DNA from: the human T2T-CHM13v2.0 reference genome, Homo sapiens
Assembly (NCBI RefSeq): GCF_009914755.1
Contig: NC_060931.1
Reading direction: 5' to 3' (one strand)
DNA: 64,000 nucleotides
This document shows, piece by piece, positions 51,038-64,000 of this stretch. The notes beneath the pieces were generated by a model. The model saw only the letters and a program-made list of their open reading frames with translations. It did not search any database and was not told where the DNA came from. Numbering within the stretch: position 1 is the stretch's first letter; every line of letters starts with the position of its first letter. The position numbers were made by a program, and so were the translations under genes.

Positions 51038-51367
51038 TGACCTCAGGCACCTCAGCCTCTCAAATTGCTGGGATTATAGGCATGAGCCACTGTGCCTGGC
51101 CTATAGCTCTTGAGAAGAAGTTGGAAAACAAAATGTGTATGCTGGTTGCTCCTGGCTTCATTTGGCCAGGTAATACAAGAAAGAGAGTAGTTCAGAAAAG
51201 AAGTAGCCAGTTTACAGGTAGGCATGAATAGAAATGCAGAGTCCAGAAATGCAGAGACATGGAGATGTGGATGAATAAACATTAGAGATAAAATCAAGAC
51301 ATGCAAAGTTTAGTTAAGCCTTTGCAGCAAGAATCAAACCAACAGTTTGGCCTCGCACCAATTGTTG

Positions 51368-51504
51368 ATATTTCTGAATGTCTGCAACTGTATTTGGAGG
51401 CTCAGTTCCACACAGAGATCCAGAAGATGGTCTGCACCTGTGGTTCAGAGGTGTTGTGGCCCACAATGACCCCAGGCTCAGTTCTAAGACCCAGGATTCT
51501 CCTT
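51368..51504 (+). repeat. 137-bp segment with a diverged copy at 53800-53936
   Basis: Ungapped, about 80% identity by eye. Confidence 0.8.
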
Positions 51505-51759
51505 ATTCTTGTGATCCATATCTGCTTTCCTGTCTTCTCTCACTTTCTGCCTCATATTCCCCATCCCTGTCTTTGTTCTATGTCAAAAATTCCAGCTGTT
51601 TTAACTCCGCTTTGCTCCTCTGTCTAGAGACCAGAGTCCTTCTCCTGATCCCTGATCCCCATGATTCTGTCTCTGCCAGCTACTACCAGGCCTTTGGGAT
51701 GCTGCCTACTAGGGCCTCTGAATATGACCGTGGCCAGGCAATCCTGAATCTGTGACACT

Positions 51760-52300
51760 GGCCTGTTGTCCTGGGCTCTCTCTAGTTGGTCAATTCACAA
51801 GCCACAACTTAGTCACTGGGATATGATGACCACCAGCTCACTGTTCCCCAAGAGCTCCAACTCTGATCTTACCTTTGTCTAAACTTGGTGCCCTCAGATC
51901 ACCTGAGGTCAGGAGCTTGAGACCAGCTTGGGCAACATGGTGAAACTCCATCTCTACTAAAAATATAAAAATTAGCTGAGCAAGGTGGCACACGCTGTAG
52001 TCCCAGCTACTCGGGAGGCTGAGGCAGGAGAATCTGAGAGAACCTGGGAGGCAGAGGTTGCAGTGAGCCGAGCTCACACCATTGCACTCCAGCCTGGGTG
52101 ACAGAGCGAGACTCCCTCTCAAAATAAATAAATAAATAAATAAACAAATAAATAAACTTGGTGCCCAAAGCTGCCCATTATGGTCCAGATGGCATTGCAC
52201 AAGGGCAAAGTGCAGTGAGACTGTCACACTCTTCCCTAATGCACAACTGCTGTTAATGCAACCTAAGATTTCTCTAGCTGTTTTCTCAGGTTTGTGGTTT
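51760..52300 (-). mobile_element. L3/CR1 ORF2 remnant split by a 5'-truncated Alu (51894-52155 +)
   Basis: Translation ILGCINSS...LHFALVQCHLDHNGQLWAP resembles the CR1 motif ILGCI...LYSALVRPHLEYCVQFWAP; Alu TSD taaacttggtgccc. Confidence 0.7.
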
Positions 52301-52754
52301 TCTTGCAACCCACCTAGCTGCTCCTCCGCACGCAGCCAGCATCTTGAAAGCTCCAGATCCTGACATGTTTGCTCTGTTAGACCCCACATCTTAGCTTATT
52401 GCACTCCGCTTCTAGGCTTCCTGATCCCCCCGGCTCCTGACCTCAAAGTCTTCCCTGAAGCTCTGATGAGACCATAGCTCCTCTCTGATGGGACCTATGG
52501 CTCCATTTCCAGACCAAAATTCTCACTTATTCCTTTGAATTATATCTGCTTCCAGCAAATGGAACACCCCAGCCCAGGTCAACCTGGTCTTCGGACCTAT
52601 CTTGAGATGCTTCATGCAGTTGACTCTTTCACTGAGTGCACTCCAACTCAGCAAAGAAGTTGAATGCTTGCACATCCTCGCTTCAAATGAACTTGTGATC
52701 CACAAAAATGCCAAGGTGTTTTTCACACAAACAGCTTTCAAGACACCAGTATCT

Positions 52755-53000
52755 GGCCAGGTGCAGTGGCTCATGCCTGTTATCCCAGCACTTTGCAGGG
52801 GCAAGGCAGGTGGATCACTTGAGGTCAGGAGTTCAAAACCAGCCTGGCCAACATGGTGAAACCCTGTCTCTACTAAAAATACAAAAATTAGTTGGGCATG
52901 ATGGCAAGTGCCTGTAATCCCAGCTACCTGGGAGGCTGAGGCAGGAGAATGGCTTGAAACTGGGAGGGAGAGACTCCGTCTCCAAAAAAGAAAAAAAAAA
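52755..53000 (+). mobile_element. Alu with internal right-arm deletion
   Basis: 'gggagggagagactcc' junction; TSD aagacaccagtatc/aagacaccaatatc. Confidence 0.88.
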
Positions 53001-53217
53001 GACACCAATATCCCTCATATTCTATCTGAATACTTAATTTGCTGTGCCTATATTGAATTTTTAATAATTTATTTTAGAGCCATTGGGCGCAAAATTAAAT
53101 TAATCACAATCCTTGGTGATTGACACACTGTCTATGTGGAGTCTAGACTGGTCTTCCTCTGATTTATTTCATTAATACTTATTTACATATCAATTCATTA
53201 AGTTTCAAAAAAATATT

Positions 53218-53798
53218 GCTCACACATATAATCTCAGCACTTTGAAAGGCCAAGGTCTTTCAAGAATCACTTGAGGCCAGGAATTTGAGACCAGCCTGGG
53301 CAACACAGCAAGACCCTGTCTCTACAAAAAGAAATTAATTAACTAGAGATAGTGGCATGCACCTGTAGTCCCAGCTACTCAAGAGGCTGAGGTGGGAGAC
53401 CCTGATTCTAAAATATGTTTCTTTCTTTCTTCTTTCTTTTCTTTTCTCTCTTTCTTTCTTTCTTTTTTCTTGCTCTTTCCTTCTTTCCTTCTTTCTTTCT
53501 TTTTTTCGTGTGTGACAGGGTCTTGCTCTGTCACCCAGGCTGCAACACAGTGGCATGATCGTAGCTGACTGCAGCCTTGACCTCCTGGGCTCAAGCAATC
53601 CAGCCTCTCAAGTAACTAGGACTACAGATGTGTTCCACCATACTTGGCTAATTTTTTTTTTTTTTTTTTTTTTTTTTTTGTTAAGACAGGGTCTCGCTGT
53701 GTTGCCCAGGCTGGTCTCAAACTCCTGGCCTCAAGCAGTCCTCCCACCTGGGTCTCACAAAGTGTTGGGATTACAAGCATGAGCCACTGTGCCCAGCC
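53218..53798. mobile_element. Partial AluJ (+, 53218-53412) adjoining an AluJ (-, 53418-53798) with a (TTTC)n tail
   Basis: Alu motifs on opposite strands. Confidence 0.82.
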
Positions 53799-53989
53799 CA
53801 TATTTCCCAGTGTCTGTAAGTGTGTTTAGAGGCTCAGCTCTATACAGGGAGTCAGAAAATGGTCTGCACCTCTGGTTCAGAAGGCTTGTAGCCTACTATG
53901 ACTCCAGGCTCAATTCTAAAACCCAGAGTTCTCCTTCTATATATTTAGAGAGGACACATGAACCAAGGATCAAACTCCAAAAATGAGTA

Positions 53990-54024
53990 TTTTTTTTTTT
54001 GAGGCATGAGCCACTGCACCAGGC
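53990..54024 (-). mobile_element. Collapsed Alu remnant (5' end plus tail only)
   Basis: T11-gag|gcatgagccactgcaccaggc between TSDs caaaaatgagta. Confidence 0.8.
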
Positions 54025-54056
54025 TGCAAAAATGAGTACTAAAAACAAACTGTATC

Positions 54057-54428
<372 letters not shown>

Positions 54429-54541
54429 TTAAAAAATTTAAAATGAAAGAGTGGGTAAAAAACTTACCCGTGTCTTTCGGGGCATGCATTCCTTATCCCA
54501 TCCTACTGGTGTACAACTGGTACCAGTAAAGAAATATCGCC

Positions 54542-54831
54542 TTTTTTTTTTTTTTTTTCTTTTGAGACGGAGTCTTGCTCTGTCACTCAAGCTGGAGTAC
54601 ACTGGCGAGATCTTGGCTCATTGCAAGCTCCGCCTCCCGGGTTCACGCCATTCTCCTGCCTCCGCCTCCCGAGTAGCTTGGACTACAGGCATCCGGCTAA
54701 TTTTTTTATTTTTAGTAGAGACGGGGTTTCGCCGTGTTAGCCAGGATGGTCTCGATCTCCTGACCTCGTGATCCGCCCGCCTCGGCCTCCCAAAGTGCTG
54801 GGATTACAGGCGTGAGCTGCCGTGCCCGGCC
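54542..54831 (-). mobile_element. Alu (AluY-like, CpG-rich)
   Basis: Y-type diagnostics; TSD aatatcgcct/aataccgcct. Confidence 0.92.
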
Positions 54832-55661
54832 AATACCGCCTAATATTTTCTTGGGTTATTCATGCTGCCCTTATCCGACCCTTGCTTTTTTTTTTCTGAA
54901 TGCAAACAAATTCCCAGATGCCCAGCTGGTCTGACTTTAGGCAACTTTGAGCTTTTGTTCTTTCCTGACTCCGGTGTTAACCCAGGCACCCCTTGTTATT
55001 TGTCCACTCAGTGCCGTGCGCGAGGGGCAGTGTCATCTTTCCAGGCTTAGATTTACCTAGTACACCTTCCTTGCGACATCTCTTCTACTCGCCATGGCTT
55101 CCCTCCTGATTTTTCTTCTTCCTGCTTGTTCCCACAGAACATTCGTTTGCCAGCGTCCCATTTTAGAACACTTTCGGTCTTTAGAAAAACCCACGGTTTG
55201 GTTCTTTTGAACCTGAACGTGAAAATTCACACAGCCGTGTTCCTATCTATATGCAAAGTTACATCCCAATGTGTCACCCCTGACATTCCAGCTTGCCTGG
55301 CTTGCATGCCTGACCAATTGTCAACTGTCTAATTTTTCTTCACAATCAATAGAAGCCTGAGAAAAAGATATGCTAACATCTGCTGAGTTATTAGGCAACT
55401 CATTATTATATGAATTCACTACTGGGGTTTTCTGCAGAAAGAGAAATGCTTCTGAGAGAGAAGCATCTCCTCAAATCTTCCCCAGGAAGAGAGTTCACAG
55501 GGGGCTCTAGATTCATCTATTCATTGGGGAATTGATGCAGGCAAATCTCATAAATGTCAAAGGAAAATGCATTCAAGATGCTTCCTTTGGTACATTTCTA
55601 AGGGCAACAAAGCTCATGCTTAAAAGGCAGTAAGGTGACACCTTAGCAGGTAACTATAAAT

Positions 55662-56614
55662 GGAGAAAGGAACAGAGATAAAGAATGTGTGGGAAGAATG
55701 GAGAGGGGAAAGAGAGAGGGGGAGAGAGAGAGAGGGAAAAAGAGGGAGGGGGAGAGAAATAAGAAAGGGAGATGGGGAGAGAGAAAGAGAGGGAGAGAGG
55801 AGGAGAAGTGGGGGGGAAAGAAAAGGAGGGAGAAAGAAAAAGAAAGTGGGAAGAGAACGGGAGAGAGAAGAGAGGAGAGAAAGAGAGGGTGGGAGGGAGA
55901 GGAGAGAGAGAAAGAGAAGGAGGGGAAAAGAGAAAGAGGGGGAGAGAGAGATAAAAAAAGAGAGCAAGGGGGAGAGAGAGAGAAAGAGGGAGAGAAGAAC
56001 AGAAAAAGACAAAGGGAGACAGAAAGAAGCGAGGAAGGGAGAAAGTGAAAGAGGGAGAGGGAGAGAGGAGAGAGAAAGAAAGGAGAGAGAGAGCAGGGAG
56101 ACAGAGGGATGGGGGAGAGAAAGAGAGGGAGAGAGAAGGGAGAGAAGGGGAGAGAGAGAGGGAGGGGGAGAAGGGAGAGAGAAAGAGAAGGAAGCAGAAA
56201 GAGAAAGAGAGGGGAGAGAGAGAAACAAGAAAGGGAAGGAGAGAGGGAGAGAGAGAATGAGGGGGAGAGAAGAAGAGAGAGAGAGGGAGAGAGAAAGGGA
56301 GAAGGGAGAGAGAAGGGGGGAGAGACAGAGAGAAAGAGGGGAGAGGGAGGGGAGGGGGAGGGCGGGAGGCAGAGGGATGGGGAGGGAGAGGGAGAAAGAG
56401 AGATGGAGAGAGAGAAAGAGAGGGAGAGAAGGAGAGAGAGAAAGAGAAAATGAGAAGTGAAAGGAGACAGAGAAAAGGGGAAGAGGCAGGGGGATGGAGA
56501 GAGAGAAAGAAAGAGAGAAAGGGAGAAAGAGATAAAGAGAAGTGGGGAGAGAGGAAGAAAGGCAGGGAGAGAGGGAGAGAAGAAGAGGTGGGAGAGAGGG
56601 AGAGAGGAGAAAAA
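55662..56614 (+). repeat. ~950-bp GA-rich polypurine/polypyrimidine low-complexity tract
   Basis: Plus strand almost entirely A/G with no fixed period. Confidence 0.95.
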
Positions 56615-57132
56615 CCCAACAGAGGAGCAAGCCATGGGTTGAAATCTACTCAAGACACTGTAGACTCGTCCTGCAGGCTCGCTGCAAGGAAGGTGCTGGG
56701 AAGAACAACAAGAGCCCATGAGATACAGGGTCTGTTGTGCCACCAAGCTGACCACCACTGGGTAGGGAGGGGCTGGGAAACACACACAGGCCTGTGAGTC
56801 CATCAGGGAGCTACTCACAGGAGGGCAGCTCCTGTGGCTGGTGAGCAGACTCATTAGCCAGCCTCATAAATGTTAGCAGTTGTATACATAATCCAGAAAT
56901 ACAGGTCGTGAATTACATGACAAAGCTGGAATGTAAGACCAATAAAATCTTATAACTAATCATAAATTTTCATCATAGATGAGTGTTCTGGGTAACAAAG
57001 TGGTTGTCATGTCACACACTGGGCCCAGAACAAGCACACGCTTGGATCTGAAATGAGTCAAAAGAGACCTTTTCACAACACATTACCTGGAACAACAAAA
57101 ATGTTCAGATTCACGACCATTGAATAATACAA

Positions 57133-57435
57133 TTTTCTTTTAAGAAATAGGGTCTCACTCTTTTGCCCAGGCTGGAGTGCAGTGGTGCAATCATAGCTCG
57201 CTACAGCCTCGAATTCCTGGACTCAAGGGATTCTCTTCCCTCGGCCTCCTGAGTAGCTGAGACTACAGGTGTGTGCCACCACTGCCCTCAGTTAATTTTT
57301 ATTTTTACTTTTTGCAGAGATGGGGTCTTGCTTGCTACGTTGCCCAGGCTGGTCTTGAACTCCTGGCCTCAAGCAATCCTCCTGCCTTGGCCTCCCAAAT
57401 TGCTAAGATTACAGGTGTGAATCACTGTGTCCAGC
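57133..57435 (-). mobile_element. Alu (AluJ-like)
   Basis: Dimeric Alu. Confidence 0.88.
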
Positions 57436-57922
57436 CATAAACAGATATAATTTTTAAAAGAAAAGCTTTTCTGCTTTCCCCTGTGCAAACTGCTTTTTCC
57501 TTATCCTCATCTTCCCCCAAACAAAAAGAAAACAACAACAAATAAAAAAGAAACACCTAAATCATCAAGTGAATCAATCATTAAGCAAATTTAACTTCAG
57601 TAAATCATTCCTAACTCTGTCGTCCTTCCATTAAGTAGCAGTTAATCATCAATGTCCTCACTTCTTTCAATTACCTCGTATGTGATTCCACCCAGACTCA
57701 GAAACCACCCACAGAATTAAGTCTACACAGAGTTTTTTAAAGGACTTGGAATGATATGATGCCAATAAATGGTTCTGAAAGTCAAAAGGACAAACTGAAC
57801 CATCAACCAAGAATCAAGAAATGAATTAATACAGGAGCTTGTCATCCGTAGGACAAGAGTGAAGACATCAGAATTGGGTATACTACTAACTCCAACTTTC
57901 ACCAGTAGATTCAAAACTGTTC

Positions 57923-58827
<905 letters not shown>

Positions 58828-59216
58828 CCTGGCCCTCTTTTTATTTTTTGATTCAGCCTAGCAGTTGCTCTTCAGTTTTATTTCATTTTGCTTTTGTGCA
58901 TGGTGGATCCGCCTACTCTGGTTGACAGGGTACTGTCCCATGGAGTACAGGTAACAAATGGTGCTGGCGGTTTTGAGACGTCACAGTCCTCAAAGCAGCT
59001 AGGGAGTCAGAAATTACATGTTAAGTGCAGTTTTTAGTTCCCTGGATATGAAATACCCACTACTATATATTTGAGGACTGACTTACCTAAGTCCTAGTGA
59101 ATAAAAAGAGAGGAAAAGAAAGACCAAAATCATAAGGCAAAATCTAATCAAGTGCTAGTTTTGAGGCATGATCTAATTATTTGACAGCTTGTATGTGCCT
59201 TTGAAAGGCTCGATAA

Positions 59217-59515
59217 GGCCAGGTGTAGTGGTTCATGCCTGTAATCCCAGCATTTTGGGAGGCCGAGGCAGGAGGATCACGAGGTCAGGAGATCAACACC
59301 ATCCTAGCTAACATGGTGAAACCCCGTCTCTACTAAAAATACAAAAATTAGCTGGGCTTGGTGGCGCACACCTGTAGTCCTGCTACTAGGGAGGCTGAGG
59401 CAGGAGAATCGCTTGAACCCAGAGGTGGAGGTTGCAGTGAGCCAAGATCGTGCCACTGTACTCCAGCCTGGTGACAGAGTGAGACTCCGTCTCAAAAAAA
59501 AAAAAAAAAAAAAAA
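59217..59515 (+). mobile_element. Alu (AluSc-like)
   Basis: TSD aaaggctcgataa/aaagtcttgataa. Confidence 0.9.
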
Positions 59516-60390
59516 GTCTTGATAAATAGATTCCCCCAAACCCCGTTTTAGTCTTCCTGCTCTTTCTCCTTGTTCTAAACAGGAAGAACAAATTCTGATG
59601 ATTGTGAATGAGAAGACACAGTCCCTGGTGGGATGAAAACTTGTAATTCTATTTCACCCCATTCATAAACCTTCCTAGGTAAACTATTGGTTGGATTCTA
59701 GTTCTGAATTATTCAGAGCAGACAGCATTGAAATATCATGTGAAATAAGAGAAAGCCTGTAATACATATTTAGTATTCTTTTAATCTGCTGTCCTATGTC
59801 AAACCTCCCTAATCCTCCCTGCTCCCCCAGGCTCAGTAATCTCTCCAGTGACACACACACAACCCACTCTAAATAATCCCCTCACTTCTTCTGCAGCAGA
59901 AGGCAGCCTTCTTTAACAGATTTCATTCCCATAATGTAATACAATCCTTCTTTTAAAAAGCTATTTTTAAAACGAACAGTTGCTTTCGAGGAAAATTATA
60001 AATAGTACCTCATTAATTGGGACCCAGCCTCAATAACGGTATGTATGTGAGAAGGCTGTAAAAACATGTCACATCGGATCCCTTAAGAGCACAGATAATT
60101 TGAGTGTTATCACAATCGTTCTTCCACCCTAAGGGTCTGGGTGGCCCACTTCTAAAACAGCTGTATTTTAAAAGAGTTTGGTTTAAGTGGGACCAACTTA
60201 AAATGAATTAGCAAATGAAATCCAGGAGCACATTTAGGTAGGAAAGACTACAGTAGGGTGAGACTGTATAGAAATGGAAAGTATATTTCACTACAACAGA
60301 GATAGAAACGTTGTTGTGTTTTGTATCTTCCAACAGTGGGCAATGGACAAATTCATGTTATATAAGGAAGGATTGAAAGAATCAGGAAAG

Positions 60391-60947
<557 letters not shown>

Positions 60948-61146
60948 TTAAATGCCACTCTTTGGGATACAGAAGAGGAAAGGTGGGGTGGAGGAGGAAG
61001 AAGACAGAATTAGGAGAGAAGGAAGACAGAGGGGAGAAGAATAAGATCAGCATCTTCAATACTCAAAGAAAACAATATATTAAGAAAGGAAGCAGACTTA
61101 ATCTGTGAGGCCCCAGAGAGCAGGATTAGAATGTACAAACATTTTC

Positions 61147-61533
<387 letters not shown>

Positions 61534-61669
61534 CTATGGTTGTGAGCACCCCATCAGCAGAAGCATCCAAGCTCTTCACAAAGGGATTTCCCTATAAACT
61601 CTGAGATTCTATGATTTTCTGATCACATCAAGTGAACAGATCTACAGTAAAATCAGTAACACAAGGAAG

Positions 61670-61855
61670 ATACATCGATTCCTGTTATTCACAGAAATTC
61701 CATTCCATAAAGCCACGGCAAAGCCTGAATTATCAAATACTGAACCATCGCTCCTAGAAGTACAGAGTTAGGTTCCCTCAAGCTTCTGGCTGTAATATTT
61801 TCATCAGCTGATCAATACATACATTTGCTTTTTGTGTGTTTCTTTTAAAGATACT
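61670..61855 (+). mobile_element. Tigger-type DNA transposon fragment (MER82-like)
   Basis: 'ctgaattatcaaatactgaaccatcgctccta...ttaggttcc...gatcaatacata'. Confidence 0.65.
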
Positions 61856-62081
61856 TTTTATTTTATTTCGTTTTATTTTATTTTTTGAGACAGGTTCTCA
61901 CTGTGTCATCCAGGCTGGAGTGCAGTGGTGCAATAATAGCTCACTGAAGACTCAAACTCCTAGAAGAAAATAATAATAATAGTAATAATAATAAAAAGAC
62001 TCAAACTCCTGGGCTCAAGCGATCCTCCCACCTCAGCCTCAAGAGTAGCTGGGATTACAGCTGTGCACTACTATGTCTGGC

Positions 62082-62112
<31 letters not shown>

Positions 62113-62531
62113 GAGATGGAGTTTCGCGTTTTTGCCCAGGCTGGAGTGCAATGTCACTTTTCTCAGCTCACTGCAACCTCCGCCTCCCAGGTTCAAGTGA
62201 ATCTCCTGCCTCAGGCTCCCAAGTAGCTGGGATTACAGGTGCCTACCACCACGCCTGGCTAATTTTGTATTTTTAGTAGAGACAGGGTTTCTCCATGTTG
62301 GTCAGGCTGGTCTCAAACTCCCGACCTCAGGTGATCTGCCCACCTTGGCCTCCCAAAGTGCTGGGATGACAGGTGTGAGCCACCGTGCCCAGCCTGCCTG
62401 GCTATATTTTTTGTACAGATAGGGTCTCACTATTTTGCCGAGGCTGGTCTCAAACTCCTGGGCTCAAGCAGTCCTCCCACCTTGGCCTCCCAAAGTGCTG
62501 AAATTGCAGGCATGAGCCACCATTCCTGGGC
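61856..62531 (-). mobile_element. AluJ interrupted by a tail-only insertion (61962-61995) and an AluSp/Sq-like Alu (62083-62394)
   Basis: Two internal TSD pairs: aagactcaaactcct and tgtctggctata/tgcctggctata. Confidence 0.85.
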
Positions 62532-62910
62532 TAAGAGGATTCTTTGTGATCTCAGTAACACCTACATTTTCCCCTTGGGGAACAAAAGTAGCTCATGAAA
62601 ACTGGCCTATCTGTGTGGCATCAGCACCCGCACTGACCACATCACGTTCACACACATCTCCAAAATAAGAACATGATAATCACCACTGGACTCTCACTTA
62701 TTAACAAGCCAAGTGTAGATTTCACATTTCTGAAGACAGGCAGAAACAGAGAGATATGAACATGAAAAAACGTTTTGATTTTTTTTCCCAAATTCAAACA
62801 ACATGGCCAAAAGATGAGATCCTCCTTGAGAACAATGAACTTATTTATACTGAGTATTCTGCAAGGATGAATGATTGCTTCATTATACAAGCAAGCAGTA
62901 TTTACCTTTT

Positions 62911-63544
<634 letters not shown>

Positions 63545-64000
63545 TTACCGTTTTATGGATTTTCATGGAATGGTGTGTGCACATTTATTGTTAGTTCATA
63601 ATAAATTGCAAGAATTGAGCCTTTGGGAGCTAAAAGGGTGCTCGATGGTAATCCAGCCTCAATGAACTCTCTCTGGGGTTGGCTGAGGACTGGCTGGTAT
63701 AAAGGACAAGACTAACAAACAGTGGCCACTGGGGCAGATGTGGCAGCCCCTGTAGTTCTTTCCAGCCACAGTGGCCATGGCAGGAACCACTCTGGCTCTC
63801 AGATTCTCCAGAATCAGCCAAGTCCACTGGGTACAGAATGCTGAGGGCACTATTCACATGCTTGCCTGGCCAGAAAAAGGATGCTTCATGCTCATGGGAC
63901 TGGCACTCACATGGACTATAGTGTGAAGGGTTCCTCTTGCAGTCCCACAAACCAAGCAGTGGTCCCAACAGGGAGATGAACATCAGTGCTGGAAGAGACT

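Noticed and set aside
55620-56854. Long ORFs of 266-403 aa on both strands
   Set aside because: Artefacts of a purine-only strand that lacks stop codons; S/L/P/F or R/E/G/K low complexity in all frames

Overview
Primate (human-like) non-coding DNA. I find no supportable host protein-coding exon, RNA gene, CpG island or CRISPR array, and I cannot name the locus from sequence alone. The window is dominated by interspersed repeats: about 60 Alu copies (roughly a quarter to 30% of bases), one complete THE1A-type MaLR provirus (2675-4816, 5-bp TSD CTGAC), several solo LTRs with intact TSDs, L1 3' fragments, old L2/MIR/CR1 remnants and DNA-transposon fossils. It also holds a ~1-kb 31-bp minisatellite and a ~950-bp polypurine tract. 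Nearly all ORFs in the track are repeat artefacts; the exception is a 332-codon MaLR internal ORF kept open by compensating frameshifts. The most interesting structure lies outside standard annotation: (i) a 536-bp two-donor templated insertion in a MIR (18600-19135), copied from an inverted upstream donor and a direct downstream donor; (ii) four further short local duplications (about 50-140 bp, 0.4-2.4 kb apart); (iii) an Alu plus 240-bp unique cargo plus second A-tail inserted as one unit in a Tigger2a (candidate 3' transduction or retrocopy); (iv) a GATA-motif-phased VNTR grown out of an L2; (v) a collapsed ~35-bp Alu and a tail-only insertion, both with intact TSDs. Repeat subfamily names come from recalled consensus features and are tentative, and identities were counted by eye. 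I did not find a convincing new gene system; the best candidate for something undescribed is a local hotspot of templated-copy repair events.
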